Part shown: positions 1 to 12,899 of the stretch, piece after piece | How the letters are laid out: every line of letters starts with the position of its first letter | Position numbering within the stretch: position 1 is the stretch's first letter | NCBI GenBank assembly: GCA_025558095.1 | Contig: JAIVFI010000017.1 | Location: 124,001 to 188,000, forward strand | DNA length: 64,000 nt | Source: Hyaloraphidium curvatum SAG 235-1 | Taxonomy: Eukaryota; Fungi; Monoblepharomycota | Direction of reading: 5' to 3' | Notes under the pieces: generated by a model | Database searches by the model: none | Told to the model about the DNA's origin: nothing | The model's input: only the letters and a program-made list of their open reading frames with translations | Translations under genes and position numbers: made by a program

Positions 1-258
1 TCGTTGTCCTTTCGAGCGTCACACCGGCTTCCTTGAAGCATGACATTGGACTGCTGCAGAAGGTGGGAGGACTTTTGCTCAGCCGGTATCGCGCACTGAC
101 GTTCCTCGTAGGTTTGCGCGGCAGTTCAACCTTATGGTTCCGAGGAGGACAGGGCATCCATGAAGCATGCTTTGCGGAAATGGACGTTCAAACTCCGCCT
201 GCTGTCGTCGTCTCGACCGGACCTGCTGGACATGATTGATTCCCTCGATCTTCTCTGA
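1..258 (+). CDS. 3' end of a spliced gene entering from the left, product unknown
   Basis: Frame VVLSSVTPASLKHDIGLLQK, GT..CTGAC..AG intron 63-111, then VCAAVQPYG...DSLDLL* (TGA 256-258). Confidence 0.5.
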
Positions 259-277
259 CATTAGATTTCCCTGGTAG

Positions 278-324
278 CTGGCACCGCTGTGACTCTACAT
301 CGGTGCGCGAACGGACGCTGACTC
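278..324 (-). repeat. 46-47 bp dispersed repeat, copy A (inverted relative to copies B and C)
   Basis: Reverse complement GAGTCAGCGTCCGTTCGCGCACCGATGTAGAGTCACAGCGGTGCCAG matches 1036-1082 with 3 mismatches. Confidence 0.9.
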
Positions 325-1035
325 GCTCGGGGCCGACGGCACATTGTTTCCCCCGCGTCCCTCGCTGCGCTCGCCCTCGCGCCCTATGGGCCGGCGCGGG
401 CAATTCCGCCAACCGTTCATCTCTCGCCGGGGGCCAGACGGGAGCCCGGCGGGCGCCGGCTGGAGCACCGGACATCCGAACGGATGCATTTGGCGTAAAA
501 ACCGCCGCGGGGAAATGCACTGGTAGTGGGGGACCGGCAACCGGGGTGGGGACAACCGGGTCGGCGGGCGGCGGAGGGCACCCGAGGGTCCGCCGCGGCC
601 TCCGAAACGTGCGGAAATATCGCGCGCAGCCGTTGGAACGGCCGGCGGGGTCGTACGGTGTGCTGCCTGCGCGCGATGGGCGGCGGGAGCCGGCGGGTCC
701 GATGCTCGCCGGCGGCCGCCTTCCCCCACCCGGAGCACGATGCCGGCCTGCTTCCAACGCGGCGGCGCTCTCTTCCGGCATTTTTCCGCGCGGACCGAGG
801 GGCCGTGACCTTTCTCGAGCGAACCAATTCGAGTTTGGTGTTGAGGCCGCACTGATTTCGGTCCACGTCCTCTCTTTGGTCCACGGCTCCCTCCCATGCC
901 CTCCAAGACGGAAAACGGGGAGAATAGGACGATGGACAAGAAACCCTTCTTTGGGTTTAAATCGTCCATCGCCCGACGACGAGTATTCGTATATCTGGTT
1001 GGGGTTTCTTGCGGCGGCGCCCGGCTATGCGGTTA

Positions 1036-1082
1036 GAGTCAGTGTCCATTCGCGCACCAATGTAGAGTCACAGCGGTGCCAG
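1036..1082 (+). repeat. 46-47 bp dispersed repeat, copy B
   Basis: GAGTCAGTGTCCATTCGCGCACCAATGTAGAGTCACAGCGGTGCCAG; inverted partner of 278-324. Confidence 0.9.
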
Positions 1083-1264
1083 GAGACGAAACGATGGAAT
1101 GACACAGCAGCGTTCGGGATAGTGAGTTCATCGATTGGCGTTATCGAACCGCCAGCGGCGTCCACATGCTCGACAGCCCGTCCCAGCCTCTTGGCCGAAA
1201 GGACGTCCAAGAGACCCTGGTAAAGAGAATAAGCAGGAGCTACAAGCTGCGAGCCTGGCCGCTC

Positions 1265-1754
1265 CTACGTCGAGAAAGTCCGAGAGCCAAACATCCAGCT
1301 GCGTTTCAAGTTCCGTGCTGTTCGGGCGTTTGTCCGCGTTCGTCCGCCTCGTACCGGGTAGCCTGCGTCGTGGCGAGCGCCGCGAACGGTGCCGATCTGG
1401 ACCTCGCTCTCACTTGGATCACATCGTCGATCAGATCCGCGAAACAAGGGCGATAGCGGCGACGCACATCCGTTTCCGGATTTCGCGCTTCAGCTCCGAC
1501 TCGATCGTCATCCCGCCCAGAATCTGCGCCAGCTGAACCCGCTGCTCATCCGTTATATCCTGCAGCTTGCATCTTCGGTGTATTCCGAGCTGAAAGGCCG
1601 ACCGACGCGTTCAACGCGGCCGGGCGCGTGGCGTCGGAACCCGCACCTTGTCGCAGATTCCGGCCGCCGTCGCCTGCCCAATACCGTAGAAGCGCGTGAG
1701 CGCTATCCGGGCAAGCTTGTCGTCCGGTAGGTTGACTCCAAGGAGGTAAACCAT
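1265..1754 (-). CDS. SWS2: mitochondrial ribosomal protein uS13 (3 exons)
   Basis: MVYLLGVNLPDDKLARIALTRFYGIG...GTVRGARHDAGYPVRGGRTRTNARTA, S13 signature; GT-AG introns. Confidence 0.93.
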
Positions 1755-1816
1755 TGTCACCAACCGCGCGGTCAGGTGAGGTTCCGAGATCGCCGCGGTA
1801 AACATCACGCCAAACA

Positions 1817-2981
1817 ATGTCTCGCCCAGAACACCAGTCTCCACCAGAGATCGTGGGTAGCGGTGTTCAGCGGTGCCTACGGTCTTCTCATTAGTTTGAC
1901 GCTCTGAATCGGTGCGCGGCCAGTTCTACAATGACACCGAGGCCCGGAAGTACACGGCCAAGTGAGCACCCCTGCGACCCGTGGACTCTGGCAACTGACA
2001 CGTCGCCTCGTGGCTGCGACTAGCTCTCGGGTCGCTTCGATTCAGGCGACGATGAGTGAGAGGGCTCTGGAGCTCCTGGCTCTGCCTCCAGAGCAGGCAT
2101 GCCTCGTCCTCGACATCGGGTGCGGCTCGGGCTTGAGTGGCGAGGTTCTCGAGGAAGCTGGCCATTACTGGGTTGGAATGGATATAAGCCAGGCCATGCT
2201 TGGTGCGTTGGGACCCTTTGCCGAACGCGAGGGGCGTCGGGGGTGCTGAAATCTTGGGCATTTTCAGAGGTGGCAGTTGAGCGAGAAACCGAGGGAGACC
2301 TCTTTCTCCAGGACATCGGTCAAGGACTTTCATTTCGGCCGGGCTGCTTTGATGGGGCCATCAGGTTCGACGTGGCGGCTCACTTGACCTCGGTGCGCTA
2401 ATGAACCTTCCCGATTCAAGCATCTCCGTGATCCAGTGGCTTTGCAACGCGGACAAGCAGAGCCACGTCCCCAAGAGCCGCCTCCTGAGGTTCTTTTCGA
2501 CACTCTACATCGCACTGGCTAGGGGCTCGCGAGCCGTGTTCCAGTTCTATCCCGAGAATGCGGATCAGGTGGAGATGATTGTCAGCAGCGCTATGCGGGC
2601 CGGGTTCACGGGAGGCCTCGTGGTGGACTTTCCGAACAGTGCCAAGGCCAAGAAGTACTTTCTCTGCTTGTTTGCTGGGGCAGGCGACGTCCCGCAGGCG
2701 CTTCCGAAGGGTCTGGAGGAGGGGGTCCCGGAAGGAGAGCGGGACACCATCCAATACTCGAGCGGCGGCAGGTGGGTCTGCTCAAGCTTCTTTCGTTCAT
2801 TTTCCACCAACGCGTCGTTTGCAGCCGTGTGCACCGCAGCAGGGACTCCAATCGGAAGGCGCGGAGAAACGGGAAGGACAAGAGGTGGCTTTTTGAGAAG
2901 AAGCAAAGGGACCGATTGAAGGGGAAGGAGGTGCCCGCGGACAGCAAGTACACGGGGCGCAAGAGAAAAGGCGGCTTCTGA
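1817..2981 (+). CDS. BUD23: 18S rRNA guanine-N7 methyltransferase (multi-exon)
   Basis: [11 protein letters not shown] start, [15 protein letters not shown] motif, [34 protein letters not shown]-terminal [10 protein letters not shown]. Confidence 0.96.
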
Positions 2982-2990
2982 GTTCCTGCT

Positions 2991-5585
2991 CTATTGAGCT
3001 CCTGGTGTGGCGTTGCTCAAGAATATGAGTTGCGTGAGCCTGCTGTCCTGGCCGCTTCTCCGCTTTAGCAGCTCCCCGAGACCTTTGGTTGCAATCAGCA
3101 TGGGAGCGATTGTCCCGACGGTGCGGCCGGCACGAACCTTGGATCCAAATGCCGTGGTCCTCGGGAACCACTGCAGAGAGGCGGATGTGCCTCGAAGGGG
3201 TTCGGATGATGATGAACCGCAGGGAACGACGCTTGGGAGTCCCTCCGTTCCGTGAGTCTATCTCTTCCGTGACGCTCAAGATTCGAGCTGGTGGAGTGGA
3301 GTCACGGGCGAGTCGTGGTGGCCTCACAGTTGTCTCACCTGTTTTGACTTTAGATCCGGTGTTGTCCAACGTCGGATCTTGAGGAGACCAATGAAGAGTC
3401 CCGTTGAACGGATTTACCCTTGGAAAGGACGTTAAAGCCCTCGTCGCCCGAATCTTCGCCAGCCAACGCACCAGACATAACGTTCCTGGGGCCGCTTCCC
3501 ATATTTGTTGAACTTCTGCATTCGCGACCCGACCATGCATTGCTGTTGGATGAAACGGCTGAAGAACGTCGCAGGACGGGGGCATGCGGGCCTCGTACCG
3601 TGAGAGCAAAGAGAGCAACGTCTGACGAAGGCTCGGCAAGATCCAACGGCGTGCCGTCCACAAAGCTTGACGCGGAACGCACCGACGCTGCGTCCGACTC
3701 GTCTTGCTCTTCTGCAACCGACTCATGCATGGAAAAGCGCCGCATGGCGTCCGAGATGGAGGCCAGCGTTGAGAAGAAGAGGCTTTTCGGTCGGCCGGCC
3801 CTGCCCGAGACCCGCCGTCGCTGTGTGTTCTTGACCACGGCTTAGTAATCACCATAAGCAACTAAGGGCGGCAACAGAAATCATACCTCTGTAGCAGGTC
3901 GCGGGCGCAGAGGAGGGAGAGAATCCTCCATAGCTTCGGAGGCGGGGTTGGCTTCCTCGTGTGCCTCTGATTGAGTCATTATGGAGCCCGCGGCCTCGGA
4001 GATCGAAGCCTCCGTCTCGGATCGGGCGCCCACAACAGTCTGCCAGACCGCGCCTTCCGATGTTTCCGGAGAGGGCACTTGGCATGGCTCGATCTCCCCG
4101 CCACTTACAACGGCAGCATCCAAATCCTCGAGGGAAAGCGAAGGCAAGACAGATACGGCTGCAGCTTCGAGCATGCCGTCTCCAAACGAGATTGCAGATC
4201 CTTTTGACAAAAAGCCGTCGGCAGCCTTGGCGAGATCCTCCAATGTTGGTGTGGGTTCCACGACGGCCGTCGAAGGCGAAAGCTCCGGCATGGAGGTTTG
4301 GAGCACGTCTCCGAAAGTCTGTTGGCTCGCTCCGTGCTCGAAAATGGTGAGGAGCGAGGAGCCAACCTTGTCCGGAAGCCTCTCCACCTCCTTTGTCTCC
4401 GCCTGGGCAAGCTCGAAGCGCTCCTCCAAAGCCCTGCGCAAGTTGTCCACCATTTCGAGAATCGTTGCCCATTGAGGTGGGACTGCCGCCTCGCCGAGCA
4501 GATTCTGGCTGTCCATCTCCCCTAGCAATGAAAGGACGTTGCCAAGGGCGGCAATCAGAGAATCCAGGAAAGACACAGGCTCCGCGTTCGGCAAAGGTGG
4601 GACGGAAGCAGGGTCCACGTGGAGGAGGAGAGAAGGAGGAGAAATGGTTTCCGGAGTAACAGCTTCTTCGTCCTCCTTTGCGGTGCTTTGAGGGTCCGGC
4701 GTCGGGTCGGGAACGACTTCGAGAGCCGAGGGCTGGCTCGACAAGCCAAAGCGAGGGGTGCCTGTCCGCCTGTAGTCCTCCAGTTCCTGCGCCAGCTCTT
4801 GAAGCTGGCGCATGAGGTCCGAGCGTTCCGCATGCCACTCGTTTCTGAGCTTCCGAAGGCTACTCTGTAGCATGTCGTTGCGGTGCAGCAGGTCATCCTT
4901 TTCCCGCCGGTGCGACGTTTCCGCCGCCTTCGTGTCCTCGATCATGTCGATGGCACGCCTGCTGCGTTCGGCCAGCGCGCGCAATTCTGCGTCCTTCCTG
5001 AGCACGTGCTCTTCCAGCTCGCGGCGCTTTCCCTCGAGCTGCGCGCCATGAGGGTCGGCGCGCATGCAGACGTTGCGAGAACCACCCACCGTGTGGTTTT
5101 CGTTCTCCAGTTCCCACATTCGTTCTCCGAGCTTGCCTAGGGTGATGACTTTCTCAGCGCCGGCGTGCCACAGCCGTTGACAGGCCGAACCCACGGTTCT
5201 CCCCCGTCAGTCGTTCGGTCTTGGCCATGAAGGCGGCAATCTGTTCCTCGAGCACGCGCGCCTTTTCCCATGCCTCGGTCCGGGACGACTCGAGGGCAGC
5301 GTTGCGGCGGGTCGCCTGCCGCAGCTGCTGCACCATCGAAGCTGTCACGTCCATGTGCGTCAGGCGGTCCTGCGCCGCGGCCGCGGAGGGCGAGTAGCTG
5401 GGCGACGATTCGTTGGATTTGGGCGTCGCTTCGCGGGCCGTGGGCGGCCGCGGCCGGCGCGGCGGGTCCGGAGTGAGCGGCGACGACATTGGGAGCAGCT
5501 TGGTTATCCGCTTCAGCCGGCCCGTCGGCGTCGACACCGCGGCCGCGGGAGGCGAATCCGACAGGTACAGGTCCTCGACGGACAT
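2991..5585 (-). CDS. hypothetical coiled-coil protein (multi-exon; 3' boundary approximate)
   Basis: Joined ORFs 5154-5651, 3881-5194 and 3350-3838 with heptad-rich N-half (LEGKRRELEEHVLRKDAELRALAE) and GT-AG breaks. Confidence 0.55.
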
Positions 5586-5775
5586 GGCGGGAACCGTGGC
5601 CGTCGTGGAACGGCCGGCTACGAATTTGTGGAGTTGAGGGACGACTTGCACGCCAGGCTGCGTGTGCCGCGATCACGCTCCTTTCGTGCCACGAACACCA
5701 AAAGCTTGACGAGTGACATCTTTTTCCGCCGGCCTACATTCCAAGATCCCCGTTCCTCCGATCCCATCCCCCACT

Positions 5776-7062
5776 CTAGTTCGTCCCCTCGGTGGCCTCC
5801 AAAGTCTCGGCCTCTCGCCGCCGCGGCGGAGGGCCGGTCCGCTTGTCCCGGTTCGCTGCTGTGCGACCGCGACTGCGGCTCCGGGCCCTCTTGGCGACGA
5901 TCTTGATTGCTTTTCCCTGGAACATGAGCGAGGCCATCTGGATGGCCCGCTTCGCGTCCTCGATTTTCTTAAACTCCACGTAGCCAAAGTCGCGGTCCGC
6001 AAAAGGCACCATCACGGCAACGACGGGCCCGATGGCCTCCTCAAAGGCCCTCTTGAGGGCCTCGTTCGACAGGGGCTTCTGCAGGCCCTTGATGAAGACC
6101 TCGGCCTCGTCCTTCGGGTTGATGGGCCCTCCGGACGCAACCGTGGGAGACACGGGCGCATTCTGACGGCCCCTAGGCCCGTCCTCGCTGGGTTTCGGCG
6201 GCGCCGGCGCCGGCTTGGCCGACGGGGGCGTGGGCGGTTTCTGCGCCGCGGGGGCCTGCCCCGCGGACGCGGCCACCGGCGCGGGGGCGGCCACGACGGG
6301 CTTGCCGTCGGACGCCCGCGCGGCGATGTTGGCCCAGCTGCTCTTCGGCCCGCCGGACGCGGCCTCGGGCGCGGGGGCGGGGGCGGCGGCGGGTTTGGAG
6401 GCGGCGGGTTCGGCGGCATCACCGGAGGCGGCTGCCGGCGGGGGTGTGCGCGCGGCGTCGGGCTCGACGGCGGGGGCGGCGGGTGCGGGGGCGGCGGCGG
6501 GGGCGGCGTCCTTCGCGGGCGACGGCGAGCGCGCGGCGGGGGCGTCGGGCGCAGGGGCGTCCAGGCCGTTTGCGCGGGGCGCCTCGGCGCGCGGCCGCTG
6601 CCCCGGCGGCCGCGGCGCGGCGATGCGGAACATGTCGTTGCGGATGTGGTAGCCGCCGCCGGCCGGGGCGCGCTGCAGCACCAGCGTCTGCAGGAAGCGG
6701 CGGCCCCGGCCGCCCTTGCCGGCCTGCGTGATGGTGCCGTGCACGTTGATCAGCAGCGCGTACGGCGTGGCGAGGTCGGCGGGCGGCACCGGCCCGTCGT
6801 CCGCCGGCGGCCGCGAGAACATGATGACCATCGGGTCGAACGTCGCGATGTCGACGCGCGCCGGCGTGAACCGCGCGCCGTAGAACTCGGCCACGCCGGG
6901 CCCGTCGACCTCCTCCGCCGCCGCGTCGCCCTCGCGCGCGAACTTGAGCGCCGCGTCGGCCGTGTAGAACGCCGCCGCCTCGGCCGGCGCGCGGTACCAC
7001 GCGATGTACAGGTCCTGGATGAACTGCAGCGCCGTGTCGTAGTACGGCGGGTTCGCGGCCAT
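5776..7062 (-). CDS. NTF2-domain + RRM protein (G3BP/Nxt3/Bre5 family)
   Basis: N-terminal NTF2 (FIQDLYIAW...RRFLQTLVL...YHIRNDMFR), Pro/Ala linker with KSSWANIAA, RRM (EVFIKGL...DFGYVEF), Arg-rich tail; single exon. Confidence 0.88.
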   Translation of the reverse strand: MAANPPYYDTALQFIQDLYIAWYRAPAEAAAFYTADAALKFAREGDAAAEEVDGPGVAEFYGARFTPARVDIATFDPMVIMFSRPPADDGPVPPADLATPYALLINVHGTITQAGKGGRGRRFLQTLVLQRAPAGGGYHIRNDMFRIAAPRPPGQRPRAEAPRANGLDAPAPDAPAARSPSPAKDAAPAAAPAPAAPAVEPDAARTPPPAAASGDAAEPAASKPAAAPAPAPEAASGGPKSSWANIAARASDGKPVVAAPAPVAASAGQAPAAQKPPTPPSAKPAPAPPKPSEDGPRGRQNAPVSPTVASGGPINPKDEAEVFIKGLQKPLSNEALKRAFEEAIGPVVAVMVPFADRDFGYVEFKKIEDAKRAIQMASLMFQGKAIKIVAKRARSRSRGRTAANRDKRTGPPPRRREAETLEATEGTN

Positions 7063-7182
7063 CTCTGCGGCTCCGCCGAGGCAGTGGATGCGGGGATGGA
7101 CGCGAAGAAACAAAAGAGTGGCGGGGGGTTGCGAGTGATCACTCCCCTACCCCCCAGGGACGTGCATCCCGAATCTCGCGCC

Positions 7183-8635
7183 ATGGCGCAGGAGACGGTC
7201 GCGTTCCGCTCGGCCGAGGGCCCGGTCCATCTGTTGCAGCTGCCCCCCGAGCTCGTGGACATCATCGAGTCGCACTCGACGTGGGTGACGCCGGCCCCGC
7301 ATCGCCCTCCACCAACCGTCCGCAGAATTGCACTGCGCGGCGACCCGAAGGACGAGGCCCACCTCGTAGCCGGGAACGCCACCTTCCTTTTACGGAGCGT
7401 GCAGACCTCGAACACGACCATCCTCGTCGCCCCCGTGCGCGGCCACGACGTCGCGGACACCCTCTTCGCACCTTCGGACGAAACCGATGCGCGCTACGGC
7501 ACCTTGCTGCTCACGAGCAGCTACATCGAGGTGCTCCCGACGGCGCCCAAGGTGGCGCGTGTCAAGACGCTCCTGGAGCAAGTCCCGTACCGCGGCCCAG
7601 ATGAGGAGCTGGAGGTGGGAAACCGAGCGAATCTTTGCCGACTTTGGGCTGAGCTGCCGATAGGAAGCCGTGGGCTACTCGATTGCGGAGCTGCAGAACC
7701 GGGTGCAGGCCAGTGATGGGGAGATCGAACAAGTGCTGCGAGACATGGACGCAATCGCGATTGAAGGTCAGCCCCCCCTCGTTTCTGTGTCTTCGGCCAG
7801 CCGAAACAGGCCATCGGCAGGTCGCTGGCGCGTCCTGGATCCAGAGTACATGCAAGCTGTCGTCGCAATGATCATTGATTCGGCCGTCGCAGACGGATTG
7901 GATCTCGAGAGCCTAGACCTCGACCAGGCAGTGTCGGCCAGCCTTGATTCCGGGTACCCGGATGAAGTGCTCGAGCACGTTTTCCGAAACTTTTTCCAGC
8001 GCATTGAAGGAGGTCCGTGGGAGTTCTCGCTACGGGATCGAGCCCATCTCACAGCTGCAACAGGTGCTTGGAGCCTGGACGTGCGGAAGCTAACCAAGTT
8101 TACCGGTCTCCACCTTCTTGGACAAAAGGTAGATTGGTCCGTATTAGATTCGCCTTGAGCGTACATTGACCGGCCTCCCACCGCAGAACCGTATGGAGAA
8201 GGATGAGTTCTTGAGACTATGGGGTCAGAAACCCGGCGTGGAGCAGCCTTCGTTGGATCTCCTGAAGGTAGAGGGTGCGGATCGCCGTCCGCTGTCGGTG
8301 CTCATCCCCTCGTCCAGGGTTTCGTACTCGTGGACGAAGTGCATCCCAGGCAGGCAGAGCAAATGATTACCTTCTTCCCTAAGACGGACCTTTCGCTAGA
8401 CCCCGCGACGCGTAAGTCGCCGAATCCGCATCATCGGAGGGAAGATTACAATTCCAGCAAACCGGCAGGCTTTCGGCAGCTGTTCGATCGGCGACAGCGC
8501 TGGTCCGAGTCGGAGTTCGTGCCCTTCGTGGAAGATCTGGCGCCCACGAAGAAGGCGCTGGATGCGCTGCTCCTCAAGTTTGCCAGAGTGAGCTCAGCGG
8601 GAGGCGTTCGGGTAGTGACGCCGCGGTTCACTTGA
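7183..8635 (+). CDS. DCC1: sister chromatid cohesion protein Dcc1 (multi-exon)
   Basis: HLLQLPPEL, LRGDPKDEAHLV, VQTSNT, LQNRVQASDGEI, RFRQLFDRRQRW...LLLKFAR. Confidence 0.9.
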
Positions 8636-10738
8636 GGCACGTTGTGATGGTGAAATACATCAGCGGCAGGATCAGATTGTCGTTCTGGCTGAGGAAAGCC
8701 TCCACAACACCTTGATGCGGTGTGAAGCCATGTCCAGAATAGCAACGCCACCGCAGGGAATATCGGAACTCACCGACGAACACGGATGGAAGAAGGAGTT
8801 TGGATGCCTTCGGGTGTCGGCCCAGTCAGCCAGCAGATCACGAAAGCAAGCGAACAGACCGACCGAAAGTGCTTGTGCTCCTGACACTACGCTGGCGGTT
8901 AGTGTGCTGGCGGTCCACAAAGCCACAATGAAGGCGGCAGAACCCTCCACAGTCTTCGATGTCCCTGGCCACCTATGCTTCCCATATCGGATGCCGATGA
9001 GCGATGCCTTTGCAGCAGCATTGACAACAATGAAGCCTTTCGATCAAGCGGCCGCACTCACCGCTGTGTCCGCGATCCCAAGCGTTAGGATGCCAGCGAA
9101 GCCTCCCAGTCCCCTAAAGTCTCTTGCTCTTATGCACGACCGTTAGCGGCAGCCAGTGGTCCACAAACCAGCGCAAGGCTCACTTGGCGAGCCACAGAGG
9201 AATGGAACATCCAAGGAGCAGATAGGTGTGTGAAACGATCATCAGGCCCGAATCCCGCTCATCCAAGAATGACTTGAGAAAGGCGTCGAGAACTTCGCCG
9301 GCAGGCCAAATCCGGCCTATCCGCAAGTATTCGAGAAGCAGAAACAGCGCAAAAGCTGCTGCGAAAGCGACGAATAGTAGATTGGGCTACCAGGCATGGG
9401 TTTTAGCACGTTGACACTTGCGCCCGGAGGTTAGGGAGTACCAACATCAAGAATGGCGGCCGGCCAAAACATTGCCGTTGCCAGCAAGTGGTAGTACTTG
9501 CGTTTGAGGTTCAACATGGCCTTTGTGGCTGCCCCAGAAGCCAGCCACGAGTAGACGGCGGCTATCGTACCCAGGGATAGCACCCAATAGCATACCAGCG
9601 AGGGGCGGGTGGCCGAAACAAGAACAAACTGCACCGCCCTTGGTCATCGTTCGGATCAGACTGCGGCCCGCTCCTAAGGGTGCGTTTGCTTACCATGAAA
9701 TCGGATCCGGTTTGAGCTTCCCCCACAGTGGAAGCACGAGGAAAAAGAAGACGACGAGCAAAGCAGTGATGTAGAATGCTGAGCCAGGTATCGTAGCGTT
9801 TGAACTTGGAGCCACAGCAGTTGGGGTGCGCCCCAGTGCCAGGACCGGAGAGGTGGCAAGCCCGGCGAGTAGAACAGCTCGGATGGCGTAGAAAGACAGA
9901 AACGATTCCTCATCAAATTCCTGCACCGCGTTCATGAGTTACTTGGCTGGCGGGCGGCGAAAAGGACCCACGTTGCCCAACCGATGGATAACGAAGACCA
10001 AGATCACCGCTCCCTGGATCAACAAGGACGACTCCCCAAATGTGAACGAGCGCGGGAGCAATCGTGGAAAGAGCCACAGCAGAAAGTAGTAGACGGCTAC
10101 AAACGGAGCCGTCGATCGCACTGCTGGAGGGAAAGGCTTAGCCGTGGTTGTTTCGCACATTGGCCGGCAATCTGGCACCTGAAGCGGGGGCGAGCCCCTG
10201 GCCAACGACAAGAATGACACCAGCAACGCAGGCGGTTCGCAAGAAGGTACGTCCGGGCAGATATGAGGCCGCAGCTTCTAGGGTCGGAAAGGCCAGGGCT
10301 AGGGACAGAGATAGTATCTCCATCGCCGCGCGTGATGAAACCAGCAACTCGGTGGAAGCGGGCGATCTCCATTCGACAAAGAATGTCGATACCAGGGTAG
10401 GTACCAGGGTCGAGGCATAAAGCAGTCCGCTCGATGGGGCAGCTCTAGCATCGACTTCGGTGTCAGAGTTGCAATCTGTTTATCCGAAAGAGAGGCACCT
10501 GTAGAACCGCTCGCCGACAACATCATTCGCTTCATGCAGCTCTTTCCAGGCAGCAAATGCGCACAGGGCTGGCTGCCAGTGAGCAAAGGCCCGGCGGGGC
10601 CGAGAGCTTCGCACCAAGCTGAAGGGAAGCGAACAGCGACGGAGGAGTGCCAGCCGGCGCGCATGCAAATGGAATAAAGATAGAGTAGGCAAGGACGAGG
10701 GTCAGTTCCGTCGCCTTTCGCGTCTGCCCCGGGGTCAT
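8628..10738 (-). CDS. SEC59: dolichol kinase (multi-exon, polytopic membrane protein)
   Basis: PRSFTFGES, KRKYYHLLA, SHTYLLLGCSIPLW, KHRWPGTSKTVEGSAAF, C-terminal SQNDNLILPL; start codon approximate. Confidence 0.9.
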
Positions 10739-10903
10739 CGCCTCGACGCGGGGAGTGATGCTGGACGGAGTGCGCGCGCGCGCCGACGCACCGCGACCCG
10801 ACTCCCGCACACAACACCCTGCTTCAGCTGCTGTGCGGCGGGGATCTGGGGCGCACCGGGGCGATAAGCCACTTGCGGTGCAGCGCCAGGGAACGCCGGC
10901 GCA

Positions 10904-11916
<1,013 letters not shown>

Positions 11917-12165
11917 AGCTCTTCCCTGGTGTGTTCTTCTGTCGATGTATACGTATAGCTGGCACCGCTGTCATGGATTGCTATGTATTGATGTCCAATG
12001 GCTGGTGCTGCCTTGTCGAGTAGCCCAGTGTGCTGTTGCCTGTTGCCTGTTGTCCCGTCACGTAAAGTTCTGCCATGCACTCCTCCCTTACCATCTTGAT
12101 GATTCGGCTCTCCTACTGGCCAATGCCTAGGCCGGTTCGTGTTGTGTTTTGCTTGAGTTGGACGT

Positions 12166-12876
12166 CAGGGCTTATCCCAGGCTGCTCCTTGATGGTGCGG
12201 AGCCAGAGCCCATAAGCAGCGTTCACCCTCCCTGCCATGCACATCGTCCTTGCTCCGCCCAGATGACGTGAGCTGGTACCCCAGAGGCTTGAAGCTGTCG
12301 TCCCTCTTCAGCTCCTGGCCCCTGTAGAGGAGCTTCACACGGTGAGGTATCCTCCAGGCCATCCACTCTGTTTTGCTGACGTTGATCTCCAGCCCATTGG
12401 CACTGGCATATGCAGACAAAAGATCCAGCTGCATCTTGGCATTGTTGCATCCTTCACCGTCTTCGAGATCAAAGTGGTGTCGTCTGCAAAGAACAAAGCC
12501 AGCAAGCTGACCATCCTCTCCTGATCCTCCTCCTCCTCAAACACCATGCCCAGATCCATCCCTTTTGCACCATTGGCCTCCATGAAAGCAGTGATGTTGT
12601 TGATGAACAAGATGAAGAACAGCGATGTTTGAAGCGATGAGAGGGGGTCCCCCTGCTTCACTCCAGTTAGGAACTTGATGAAGTCCGACTTGGGGCCGTC
12701 CACATCCCGGAGCCTTCTACACACCAGCCCGAACGCGATCTTGAACATGTCAGCAACCTGCTTGGGTACACCCGTCTCCTCCAGCTTCTTCCACAACCTC
12801 GGGCGCTCCACCATGTCAAAAGCCTTTGTGAAATCGACAAATACCATGATCAGCTTCTCCTTGCGTGCCTTGGCCA
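12166..12876 (-). mobile_element. degenerate LINE RT fragment (same family as 19102-23340)
   Basis: FVDFTKAFD, GVKQGDPLS, FFADD; frameshifted and more diverged than the other copies. Confidence 0.92.
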
Positions 12877-12899
12877 CTGAGAAAGCGCCTCAGCGAGGA

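Noticed and set aside
188-1223. Several 150-300 aa ORFs inside the inverted-repeat block
   Set aside because: Arg/Pro/Gly-rich shadow ORFs expected at this GC content; no transposase or other motif
5713-7716. 667-aa plus-strand ORF and similar long antisense ORFs (37297-39012, 50789-52681, 58018-59463)
   Set aside because: Antisense or off-frame shadows of real GC3-rich genes
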